Source: Tubulanus polymorphus
Taxonomy: Eukaryota > Animalia > Nemertea
Direction: 5' to 3'
NCBI RefSeq assembly: GCF_964204645.1
Contig: NC_134025.1
Coordinates: 5,084,001 to 5,148,000 of the forward strand
DNA length: 64,000 nucleotides
Part shown: positions 44,228 through 57,100 of the stretch, piece by piece
Layout: each line of letters opens with the position of its first letter
How positions within the stretch are numbered: position 1 is the stretch's first letter
Translations under genes and position numbers: made by a program
Notes under the pieces: generated by a model
Seen by the model: only the letters and a program-made list of their open reading frames with translations
Databases searched by the model: none
What the model was told of the DNA's origin: nothing

Positions 44228-45251
44228 GTGAGGGACCCGATTCAACACACTGTCCCGTGAGAAGACCCGATTCAACTTACTGTCCCGTGAGAGGACCCGA
44301 TTTCAAATACTGTCCCGTGAGAGGACCCGATTCAACACACTGTCCCGTGAGAGGGCCCGATTTTAAATACTGTCCCGTGGGAGGACTCGATTCAACACAC
44401 TGTCCCGTGAGAGGACCTGATTCAACACACTGTCCCGTGAGAGGACCCGATTTCAAATAATGTCCCGCGAGAGGGCCCGATTCAACACACTGTCCCGTGA
44501 GAGGACCCGATTTTAAATACTGTCCCGTGAGAGGACCCGGTTCAACACACTGTTCCGTGAGAGGGCCCGATTTTAAATACTGTCCCGTGAGAGGATCCGA
44601 TTTTGAATACTGTCCCGTGATAGGGCCCGGTTTCAAATAATGTCCCGTGAGAGGGCCCGATTCAACTCACTGTCCCGTGAGAGGGCCCGATTTTAAATAC
44701 TGTCCCGTGAGAGGACCCGATTTTGAATACTGTCCCGTGAGAGGGCCCAGTTTCAAATAATGTCCCGTGAGAGGGCCCGATTCAACACACTGTCCCGTGA
44801 GAGGACCCGATTTTAAATACTGTCCCGCGAAGGAACCCGATTTTAAATACTGTCCCGCGAGAGGGCCCGATTCAACACACTGTCCCGTGAGAGGACCCGG
44901 TTTCAAATAATGTCCCGCGAGAGGGCCCGTATCAACACACTGTCCCGTGAGAGGACCCGATTTTAAATACTGTCCCGTGAGAAGACCCGAATCAACTTGC
45001 TGTCCCGTGAGAGGGCCCGGTTTCAAATAATGTCCCGTGAGAGGGCCCGGTTTCAAATAATGTCCCGTGAGAGGGCCCGATTCAACACACTGTCCCGTGA
45101 GAGGACCCGATTTCTAATACTGTCCCGTGAGAGGACCCGAATCAACTTGCTGTCCCATGAGAGGACCCGGTTTCAAATAATGTCCCGTGAGAGGACCCGA
45201 TTCAACACACTGTCCCGTGAGAGGACCCGATTCAACACACTGTCCCGTGAG
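44228..45251 (+). repeat. Left 30-bp tandem array (~34 units), TGTCCCGTGAGAGGACCCGA plus variable 10-mer
   Basis: Exact 30-nt period visible from 44251 to 45251. Confidence 0.97.
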
Positions 45252-45682
45252 CCAAAAGTTGTTGAATGAGTATCTTTATGACAAATAGTGAATATTGTTG
45301 GAATATTTCTCTATTTTGATTTATAGGTGTCCGGCGAACGACAGGACCAAGACGATGACGTGGGCGATGATATTTCAAACGTGAGTCAAAAGTTGTTGAA
45401 TAAATATCTTTATGACAAATAGTGAATACTGGTGGAATATTTCTCTATTTTGATTTATAGGTATCCGGCGAACGACAGGACCAAGACGACGACGTGGACG
45501 ATGATATTTCAAACGTGAGTCAAAAGTTGTTGAACGAAAAGTTGTTGAATAAATATCTTTATGACAAATAGTGAATATTGTTGGAATATTTCTCTATTTT
45601 GATTTATAGGTGTCCGGCGAACGACAGGACCAAGACGATGACGTGGGCGATGATATTTCAAACGTGAGCCAAAAGTTGTTGC
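45247..45682 (+). repeat. Three tandem copies of a ~135-150-bp intron plus 54-nt exon unit
   Basis: Exons 45327-45380, 45461-45514, 45610-45663 each encode VSGERQDQDDDV(G/D)DDISN between TTTATAG and GTGAG. Confidence 0.9.
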
Positions 45683-47941
45683 ATGAAAACTTCAATGTAC
45701 AATATGAAAAAATGATCAAATATTGAAAAAAAATATATTTTACTGTATGAAATTACAGGTGTCCGCAGAAGACGGCTGGCTTAGATTGTATGACGACGTC
45801 TTTGATATACAAAATCTCACCGAGGCAGAACAGATTAAAATCAGTATGAAGTTATCACTCAAAGAGTCACATCTCCGTCAGAGTGCAGAGAAAAGGCTTC
45901 AATCTCTAGTTTCCGAATCCAATCTGAATATTGTGTCGGTCGCGGATGACGGAAGCTGCTTTTTTTGCAGCTGTTGTCGAACAATTGAGGCGAGAAAACG
46001 TTGACATAACAGCACATGAGCTACGATTAATGGCTGTTTCATACCTTTCTGAAAATAGATATTGCGCTGTAAGTAAATTAAAAACCCATTGATATATCAA
46101 GACAGACTACAATAAATATTATATACACATATTATGGTTTGCTTCGCTGGATGGGGCTGATAAGGCCGACTTTCTGGAGTCTCATCTGACATGGCCATTA
46201 TATCTTAATAAAATGAGACAAAGAACCACCTGGGCCGATGCTTTAGTTGTCCGTGCCACAGCTGACTGTTAAGGGAGACCAATGGTACTATATACCAGTT
46301 CAGAGCAGTCAAACATCAATATGATAGATCCTGTCGAATGTAAAAATGCTGAACCCATCTTACTAGGGCATATTCAAGATATTCACTACGTTGCCCTAGT
46401 AAAAAGGAGCTATATCCCATGACGACGCGTGTCAGTCGAGAGTGTCAGAGGGTACCCTTGCGGCCTAACCCACGGAAGACGGTAAGTTGATAGTATATGC
46501 CACCCCTTCTGACTATTTGGCAAAAATAATACAGCCATCAGAAGCCTTGTTCATGTCAGCTAAGGGTTAATTAATTGAATTTCATAGCGTCAAAGTGACA
46601 GTTACCTCTGAGAACCGCAGAAAAAAAGAAGACGGGTTGTCGATAAAGGAATCTACTGCGTTTGCAAGAAACCAGATGATGGAAGGTAAAGCTTAATTAT
46701 ATCATATAAGATCAGGCTGTTGTTTTAAGATTCAGTCGTCATTGTCGAAAAAATCTTTTACCTTCACTTTCACTTTCACTTACCTTCACTTTCAAAATTT
46801 TCTGCATTTGCATTTTGGGAAGTATTTGCAATGCGATGAATGTAGTGGGTGGTTCCATCCGAAATGTATTGGTCTGAACGAAGATACTGTGGAGAAAATT
46901 GACTATAGATGCGAAACGTGTTTTTAGGTAAGCGATGAACTAAAAAAATATTTTGATCAAATAAGCTATGCCTATATCCTTGCTATGCTATCCTTTTATA
47001 CAATGTGATTGCATTCTTTTTATATAGGTACCTAAACGATTCATTAAGAGTCAGGTATGGAATCCGATACATAATGCATACGAAACTCTTGCCATTTTCC
47101 ACTAGAAAGCAATGAATCAAATGTTTTTCTTTTCGCAGCTTGGCGCGGTTGAATATCACGTTTCTCGTATAATTAATGCCGAGATAAAAGACAAGAGGTA
47201 AATATTGTACCTTAGTAGAAATCTCGCCAGTTTGTTGAATTTTTCAAACTTTTGTTGATAATATACAATCTTTGGTTTCAGAAGGCCGGAATTCAGGAGA
47301 CATTTGGACTTGATTAACAAAGACCATGAAAGAGCCGAAAAAGAACTGAAAGGATATGGCTATGGGCTTTTAACTGATGAGGTAAGCATTGATAACAGAA
47401 AATATGAAATGCGTACAAATAAATGAGCTTTCTTTCGATCATCGTAATATTCAATATTTTAAAGGGCCATGCATATCTCTATAGTGTAATGAAATCATAC
47501 GTCAGCCCTACCTTTGCGGACAAATCGTAAGTATATACATGAATCAGACGTGAAGTTTTTTTACTATATTTCGAAATGATAATCAATTCATTTCAATTAC
47601 AGGAAACCATATTCAACTCGCTACATGACCCTCCGACAACATCATTCTAAAATGCTGAATTCAGTTTTTAAAGAAGGAAAGACGTAAGTTCATTCTCATC
47701 TTCTATTGCTAATTTCTTAAAAGAATTTCATCCATGTTATATTCATTGTATTAAAATATTTTTCAGGTCAGCAGTAACGTATGTTAATGACGTTTTGCTT
47801 AAAGAGGCCATTTGTTTATTGGTGTCAACCTACCGAAATATCACATACAACGAGGCTGATATTCTTGGAAGAAGAACAGAGGCCAAAAAACTAAAAGATG
47901 TACAACGACTAATGTCCAAATACTTCTTGCCAGATTATTGA
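45327..47941 (+). pseudogene. 5'-truncated spliced transposon gene: acidic repeats, UIM-like helix, OTU cysteine protease, PHD finger, unknown C-terminal domain
   Basis: VADDGSCFF(frameshift in T7 at 45960-45966)AAVVEQL...HELRLMAVSYL; YLNKMRQRTTWAD..(TAA 46270-46272)..ILLGHIQDIHYVAL; IYCVCKKPDDG / LQCDECSGWFHPKCIGL...YRCETC; further small GT-AG exons ending in TGA at 47939-47941. Confidence 0.82.
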
Positions 47942-48864
47942 AGAGTGAAGCAGTTTTCGATTCTTAAATGGGAGCTGTTGTAGATTGGTTATCCCGTAAT
48001 GATTGTATTCTATGGAATAAGTTTTCTTGTTGCGATGAATTTTTGGATTGCTAGAGATGGTCTTTGCTGAATTTTGGTAATGGTTTTAATAGGAACCAGA
48101 TTGTGACATGGATGTTTGAATTGTTGAAATGCTGTCCAGTCTTCTAATAGATGTGTGTAGTATATAGCCTATAGAAGTTCTTTGCAATGATGTTTCAGAA
48201 GTTATGAATGATGGTTGAAAGATTCCAGCCGGGGCCGAGATGGTATTGTAAATTGTTGTTAATTAGTGGATCGTTTTATCTGCCTGGTTTGTTGTCGATG
48301 TCTTATGCTGTGTACTACTTCGTGTTAAATATTATTTTTGTATTGTGTCTTAACAGACAAGGGCGTTTTCTGTCATCCAATATGAAATGATAATTTTTGG
48401 TTCAAATTATAATACATCTATCCGGAATTGGGAAATATTGCTGAAGAGTAAAAGGGGAAATATGAAAGAATTGATGATAACCTTTTTTACCGTGTAAAGT
48501 AATAATTAATAATTAAATGATAAGTAATAATTTAGTTTGGCGACAAAGATTTAGTAATCTAAAATGCTAAATTGATTTCGAATTCCAACGTATGTTGTTT
48601 ATGTTCAAATATGAATAATATAGTCTTCGAATGTAATATGGTTTACAGATTTTGATAAATAAATAACTGAACATAATTTCACATATATACGATTTGTTTT
48701 ATGTTTTAAGGGGACATAGCCAATTTGGCTTTTAGTACGTACATCCAGCCATCATTGTACGCATATTGTTGAAATAATAATTTCTTGTTGTAATTTTTAT
48801 ATATGGCAAAAATGCATTATCATTATGAGCATGGGACTCAACATTGACAAAGTGGACAATTTTA

Positions 48865-50150
48865 GTCCTCTCACGGGACAGTGTGTTGAACCGAGTCCTC
48901 TCACGTGACATTCTTTGAAACCAGGTCCTCTCACGGAACAGTAAGTTGATTCGGGTCCTCTCACGGGACAGTGTGTTGAATCGGGTCCTCTCACGGGACA
49001 GTATGTTGAATCGGGTCCTCTCACGGGACATTATTTAAAAGCGGGCCCTCTCACGGGACAGTGTGTTGAATCGGGTCCTCTCACGGGACAGAGTGTTGAA
49101 TCGGGCCCTCTCACGTGACATTATTTGAAACCAGGTCCTCTCACGGGACAGTGTGTTGAACCGAGTCCTCTCACGTGACATTCTTTGAAACCAGGTCCTC
49201 TCACGGGACAGTAAGTTGATTCGGGTCCTCTCACGTGACAGTGTGTTGAATCGGGTCCTCTCACGGGACAGTATGTTGAATCGGGTCCTCTCACGGGACA
49301 GTATTTAAAATAGGGTCCACTTACGGGACAGTGTGTTGAATCGGGTCCTCTCACGGGACAGTGTGTTGAACCGGGTCCTCTCACGGGACAGTATTTAAAA
49401 TCGGGTTCCTTCGCGGGACAGTATTTAAAATAGGGTCCTCTCACGGGACAGTGTGTTGATTCGGGTCCTCTCACGGGACAGTGTGTTGAATCGGGTCCTC
49501 TCACGGGACAGTATTTAAAATAGGGTCCTCTAACGGGACAGTATTTAAAATCGGGTCCTCTCACGGGACAGTGTGTTGAACCGGGTCCTCTCACGTGACA
49601 TTATTTGAAACCAGGTCCTCTCACGGAACAGTAAGTTGATCCGGGTCCTCTCACGGGACATTATTTGAAACCAGGTCCTCTCACGGGACAGTGTGTTGAA
49701 TCGGGTCCTCTCACGGGACAGTATTTAAAATCGGGTTCCTTCACGGGACAGTATTTAAAATAGGGTCGTCTAACGGGACAGTATTCAAAATCGGGTCCTC
49801 TCACGGAACAGTGTGTTTAATCGGGTCCTCTCACGTGACATTATTTGAAACCAGGTCCTCTCACGGAACAGTAAGTTGATCCGGGTCCTCTCACGGGACA
49901 TTATTTGAAACCAGGTCCTCTCACGGGACAGTGTGTTGAATCGGGTCCTCTCACGGGACAGTATTTAAAATCGGGTTCCTTCGCGGGACAGTATTTAAAA
50001 TAGGGTCGTCTAACGGGACAGTATTCAAAATCGGGTCCTCTCACGGAACAGTGTGTTTAATCGGGTCCTCTCACGGGACAGTATTTAAAATCGGCTCCTC
50101 TCACGGGACATTGTGTTGAATCGGGACCTCTCACGGGACGGTAACTTGAA
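48865..50150 (-). repeat. Right 30-bp tandem array (~43 units), inverted relative to the left array
   Basis: TCGGGTCCTCTCACGGGACA recurs every 30 nt; the TCACGGGAC(A/G) core runs from 48871 to 50140. Confidence 0.97.
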
Positions 50151-53100
50151 TCGCGGGTTCCGTTGTAAAATCCTGCGTGAAAAACGTGCATTCATATCCC
50201 CTATTGTCCCCCTGGCCCTGCAGTAAATTAGAATTTTTCGGTAGGCCCTCATGTATTTATAAATGAAATCAAAATGGAAAATGTAATAATTACAATCGAT
50301 AGTTGAATTTATTTATTCATAATCGTTATAGGCAGAATACATAAGAATATATAAGGGACTCGAAACCGCTAGCATTGGAATCGACGTTTCATGTAAGAAT
50401 TCTACATTTGTCCCGTGAGAGGACCCATGTCCCGTCACAGGCCCGGGTCCTCTCACGGGACGCTGCAGTTAAACTCATATGGAATTTTTGTATTAACTTC
50501 ACAACTTACTTCCGGGTTTCTAGAAAATACAGATACGCTGGCCAAAATGATCAAAAATGTGAGAGTTATTTCAGAATTAAGTCTCTTGTGACCACCCTAT
50601 ATTTAATGTCAGGACTAAAACACATTAGAAAATTGTTAAAGTTACTGATGATTTAGAGGGATTTACTACTAGGACTACATTTCCTTGTTTTTTCATTTTC
50701 TAGTAACCGACATGGTTGGTACAAAGTACGGTTCCGGACTGACTGCGGCCCGGCCTGTTGGTGACGAGACACTGACCGGGCGGGCCGGGTTTTATACAGA
50801 AGCTCACTTACACCATTCAGTCGGATTTATCTCATGATGTCCAACCACCACCACCATTAATTAGACAACTGATGGAGTTTTGAAGAAAATCATATGTAAT
50901 GCCCACATGAATGATGCTAAGCTCTAACCTCACAAACGTACAGCAAGCGACAATTAAATCGGAAGAATTTTATTCATATTTTCCCCTTTGTGAATCAAAT
51001 ATATCTTTTATTCATATATATGTATTATATACATCGCTAAATTACTGGTGACAATGATTTAAGTACAAGTGCACAATAAAATGCACTTGATTAGTACTGC
51101 TTTCAGTAAAATCTACCAAAAACCACTTAAATTCATCAAGAAGGAAAATTAATTCTATGAAGGTTATGCCCCTACAATTACATGTATCTTCAAGCTCAGT
51201 TTCAGTTATAAGAATACAATACGTTTGTAAAGTATTTTAGGTCATGGAGTTATTTCATCTTCCTGAGGATCCTTACCCCTAATCCTAGCCCTATCCACGG
51301 ACATATAAACTCTAGTTCTTATGTCCATGCTCTATCATAGAACAGCCTCATAGAACCACGGCCTATATGCACACTTTGGTAGTGACATTAACAGAGGAAC
51401 ATTAAGTGTTCATGTAAGTGATCTCTGGCCAATATTAATCTATTGTTGAAAAGCATTTTAGAGACTTCCATCTTTGTCATAAATATAGCTAATATTTAGC
51501 TAATACAAACTGATATCGAAGGTTTACCCTGTAAAGACCCATATCGCACTCAATACATAAGTATCATTTTGACAATATACCATTACTGGTAATCAAAAGT
51601 TGGATCAAATTCTTTTTTACACACCCTCAAAAACATTTACAACATTTTCACTGAAACTCAAACGATTGTCAGAGCCCCAAAATGTTTTATTACATAAATT
51701 ACATATTATTTCTTAAGGGGCTATTTGATACCATCCGAATAATAATTCGAAATCAGTAGCCTCATTCATAGAGCAGTGGCGTTGGAAGTGCAGCGACTGC
51801 GGGGGCGAAAGCCGCGGCAATAATTTACTGAATGGCGTTTTTTTTCCTTTGAATATCACGTTTTTGAAGAAATTAAGTAAATTCGTCGTGGCAATATTTA
51901 GAACCTGTTCAAAATCTGCATTAAGCCGCAGCAATCAAAAATTGCTTCCAACGCGCCTATAGAGTACAATCTACTAGAAAAAAACAACCTAGTTTCTATA
52001 TAGAGTATGGCGAGACTAGGATAGGAGAATCGTCAAAAGTAAATTAGTTTGAATATTGGTATATGTGGATTGATAGAAGATTTGTATTAATATCATCAAT
52101 GAATGAAAGTGGTATAGCATTCTATAAAAGAAATATGGGATTTCAATTGTTTTTATGCATCAAGTTAGGTTCAGTCAAATGATTCTTAGCGATAAAAATG
52201 GTGTAGACATATCAAAATACCAGGACGGATGTTGAAATGGACTGATATATCTCATAGATTGATTGAAGAAGTACTACATTATGACAATCAGAAAACAACA
52301 TGAATCATTTGAGTTAATCATATTTTGCTAAGGAAAGTAGTGTAGTAACCACCTCTGTTCGTTTTTTGTAAAATTCACATTACCAAAGTATTTTAGAGTA
52401 GATTGTTGGACTATTACCACTAACCATAGACAATAATACCGGGTATATATTTGGGTTCATATCTTACATGTATTGTAAATTCTAATAGTTGTAGAGGATT
52501 GTGGGAAGGCTGCACGTAGATAACTATATCTTCTGCATTGTTCAAGTAATTACCTATTTTGAGTATTCTAGCTACAAATAACATACAATCTAACTGTCCC
52601 TGCTCCACAAAATATATCATCACATGCCACACAATACTGAATAGATATTCCTATGTGGGCTAAACAATCAAACCCATATAATTTGAATCAAATCATTTGG
52701 GCACCAATCCAAATTTTAGTGTGACAGATGAAAATAAATTTTCCACAAGTTAAAACACACCGAGAATCCACAAGACATTTCGTGGGTCTCAACCAATCAA
52801 TTCAATGTGGGCTCAACTGTACAAACGATCCTGAATCACAACAATGCATATGCGACTAAAATAATCTGTAGCATTAGAATAAGCAAAACAAAATTATTAT
52901 GACATTTTTACAGTGATGAAAGAATTTTAAGCAAATTTATCCATCAATGTTGGGGACAGCCAAATACCATATTATCAATCACAGGCTCTTAGAATAGATT
53001 TGTTCATAGCTGATGACCTCTGATGAAATACAGCACACTGTTTGGGTTTAATCATCCATGCTGAAGTCATTGGCGATAATTTTCGAGAAAAGAACATGAG

Positions 53101-54196
53101 GAATACAATAAAAGGCACAGCAACTAGAGATATGTTCTCGAGCAGTTGATATATTGAAATATTCATAACCACATTTCAAAAGCTACCTACTTCTAAAGAT
53201 GGAGCTTGGAATCGAATGAGGCTTATACATGACATTCATCTGCCAACGCAAAAATTAATTAATCATAATAATAAAGATAGCTTTAAATGTAAATATTTCC
53301 TGACTATGCAAACTTTATACAACATAAGATATAAAACATTGAAAATACATGAGACAAGACTTGAAATCATTTACAATGACTAGCATGCAATAAAACATAA
53401 ACAAAGAACATAGTTCTAGGATGCATCCTTCATGTTCAATGTAGTTAAACAAAAACAAATATCAACTTATAAAGCAAGGGTTTAAGAAATATTTTCCATT
53501 CAGGCTGCATGGAAGGCATTAGCTAATTTTCAATAAACCCATGTTTTATACCACCAGTAACTGTAGCGTAGATATTACGCTTCTTTTAGAGCATTTTAGA
53601 ATGGATAGACTGCTGTAACTGTTAAAACGCTTTCTTCCCAAATGAAAAAAGATAAATGAATACTTCTGAAATCTAAATCTGACCAACACAACTGACTGTT
53701 CATTATGCTTTCGACAAACCTATCTTGACATAAACATCATAATCACAGCTAAAATTATTTTCAAATGAAAAGCACCAGTGACCTCTTCACATGGCACAGT
53801 GAGCAATGACTAGCCAAAATAAAAGTATAATGTGACTTCTAATGCCCACCACAAGCTCAAGACAACGAAAAAATCTATGCAATTATAGGCAGATTTCCGA
53901 AATTGTCATTGATTTCATGATTCAACACCAACAGCGGTTCTAGATCTAAATTCCACCACAGTATATACAATATCATGAGTAGCTTTCGTAAGCCTATTGC
54001 ACCTGGTGATCAGAACAGCAGCATGTATATACACACATACAGACACTGTTAACCGATCTTCTAAACTGTTTTTATATAAGCGCTAATGATAACGACAGTT
54101 CACCATAACGAGATACACTTTCCGTATCTCAAGAAATACAGATCTTCTTCCATTCATTACACTTGAATCGCAGTATCCAGGAACAACTCTTGTATT

Positions 54197-57100
54197 CTAT
54201 TTCACGAATATTTCCTCGTAGTAATCAAGTAGAAGCTTCGTAAACGCGTTGATATGACCCATAGCCGTCAATGACGCTTGACTTCGTGGCCAGATTAGAT
54301 TCGGCCCGAAGACGATCGCCAGGTTTTGAGACGTCATCTTGTTCTTCTCAGAATTTTCTTTAACCTACAAAAAAAAATTTATAGCAGGGCATAGTGATAA
54401 GTTAATGATTATCTATCAATCAATTGAGATATCTCTTACCATTGTTAGAAATGAAATGACGTATTTGAGCACTTCATAGTTATCATCTGGTAGTTCATCA
54501 ACAATCAACCTTCGAGTTTCTGTGACACGTTTTTTAGGTTCAGAAAATGCTGTAAAACACAGGCCAAATATGCCATATAAATGTTACCACAAATACTTTC
54601 CTATACGAATTATATTTCTTCCAGTATCAGCACCAGGAGTTTAGTGATTGATTTTCTGATTTTGCAGTAAAATAGAATATATTCAGGCATCAGGCAGTAT
54701 TATTAATAATGGTAAACTCACATGGAATTCGTATAACAGCATCGTACAGATCAAACGTCAGGATTGGCTCCGGTAATTCACGAAGGAATGTTTTGAGGAT
54801 GACAGCAGGTACATGGATGTCATGTTCGCGGAAGTTCACCGGCTCACCTGAAATATCACATTGCAATCAACATGAAATTCAACTCTCTCATATCATAGCG
54901 ATGATTAGCTGAATATGTACATATACCAACTTACCTGTGTTAAACTTTAACTGCACTGTTTTCACGGTACTTGCATTTGCAGATCTACGAAATATGCCTT
55001 CAGTATCAAGACCTAAACATGAATGTGACATAAAATGTTAATTCAAAATGACCAAAACTTCATCTTAAACACGAGCATTCACATATTCATACATAAATGA
55101 ATAAGAGAATATTTTCGCTGATCTTTTGAAATACGTACCATGATCTTTCAGATGTTTTATAGTCATCTGAACAATAGGAGGTATTGGATCATCATTATTG
55201 TTGGCCCGAATTCTGAAATGTGAAAAAAAAAACAGCTAAGATACAATACTACATACAATGGAATGAAATTGGATGAGAGCATAAATCGGCGAAAAGAACT
55301 TACACATTTAGCGGCAGTCCAAATTGTTTGTACGCATCATCATAGAACTGACTCGTAGGCTGGGCAGGGGTCACTTTGTTTTTAGTGAGCACATGAACAT
55401 CATGACTGAAATAGTGATTCAAATAATCTTAACATATATTACTATGATATAACAAATAGCTTTTTTAATTGACTATTTATCTGAATACAATAAATCTACC
55501 TTCATACAAACATATTATTTTCTTATACTATGAAATAAACAACAGCAATTGATGGGTTCGTAATGAGTATATATGTATAAATGGTTAACAAAAGCGAGAT
55601 CAACAGAATTTTTGCAGTTAGTCGTAAAAGGAATGTTTAAACTTAGTATTTGACTAAATAGGAGCAGTTTGGGGTACGAGGGCTTGTCACAGAAATGTAC
55701 ACTGAAAAATATTGGTCAAAAGGATGAATTGACATGGTTAAGCATATTTGAAGTTTGTATTTCTATGACAAGCCCCTGTGACTGGGTGCTGAACACAGCA
55801 AGTACTTGACGAATGAACAGTCTAAGGAAAAGCTACAAAATTTAACTGTAGGCAGTCTGAGAGAGGATTTCTACAATCCCTGAAAGATGTAGTAAACATC
55901 TTGTTTTTCAAGAAAAAACGTTAAAAAATATGATGAATTTCTAAATCTTCCAATACAATATTTAATATTCATTCCAATTGTTCAATTCTAAAAACCATAC
56001 ATTTTGCTGCTAATAAACACTCAACTAATCGGCATGTATTATTTACTACCTGTGTGTATAGCTCTATGCTTACCATTGACAGCAGAAACATATCAATTTA
56101 CATGCACCACACATGGGTACACAATCACCGTTATTTCATGAACAAAAATATTTGCGCCAAAGACTTTTTCAATCATTTTCACAAGTGGTTAAACTGTTTC
56201 CGTACTTCCAATGTTCTAAGAACAGTTCATTATGGATGTCTGTTATTATTTACATGTACTAGTATTGATGATCGTAGATAGTGAAATAAACAGGTATAAC
56301 GGGTTTATATGCGAACACTTGGTTGCTGTTAGCAACCGATGACATGCCACTATGCCGCCTATACAGAAATCTTATCTCGGTGTCATAGATTTTAATTGTC
56401 AATAACCTAACCTAAGTTAAGTTTCAGTGATCAGATATTTACACAAGCCTATCCAATAGAAAAACAACTAAGATGTTTGATTGCTATCAACAATACAAAT
56501 AATACTGCAGAGGCCTGAACACTGAGTAAAAAGTAGGTTAGTTTTCGATAAGAGATATAAAAGTAAAGGGTTGTGCCCTAATCAAAGGAAAGAAATTTTC
56601 AGTCATGTTCATATTCAAATACAATAAAACAAAATAGTCAGTTTAATTGAGTTAGCTATAATACATATAAACAGTTTGTAGGCCTAATTAATTCTTAAAG
56701 GAAGCACTCATTTGAAATAAACCACCCTTTATTAACTGGAACATGCTAAATAGTTTCACCAATTACCCACTCGACATTACAAATCAGATATTTGGATTTG
56801 GATAAATGAACTAATAACCAACTCGTTGCCATGTTATGTACAAAACCACAAATGGAAAGAGTCATTTAAAACTGAGCCATGACCACTTCCTTTAGTTTAG
56901 AACACCCATGAGAATCAATGAATAATTGAAGACTTGGAGAGATAATTATTCCAATATGGTTAGCGCCTCATGTATTTCAACACGTTTTGTCTTCTATTTT
57001 TCATGATGTTTCAACATGCAATAAGATATCATACAATTTTTTCATACAGTGCTTTATACTTATACGCAATGTTAAAAAGGCAGTGTCCATAAAAACGAAA

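Larger units (their letters stand above)
43763..50468. mobile_element. 6.7-kb foldback-like DNA transposon, non-autonomous, superfamily unresolved
   Basis: Inverted termini CTGCAGC...GTCCCGTGAGAGGACC..GGGCCTGTGACGGGACA; direct flanks TTAAA (43758-43762, 50469-50473), extendable to GTTAAAC; inverted internal arrays; internal spliced pseudogene. Confidence 0.9.

Noticed and set aside
44194-45269. Repetitive ORFs (CPVRGPDSTH, SGPLTGQ, SRERTR) over the arrays, also at 48732-49594
   Set aside because: By-product of a 30-nt period; open in several frames on both strands and broken by TAA in variant units
44228-50150. CRISPR array interpretation of the 20+10-bp repeats
   Set aside because: Variable parts are only 10 bp and recur from a few classes, the arrays are inverted transposon arms, no cas genes are present and the context is eukaryotic
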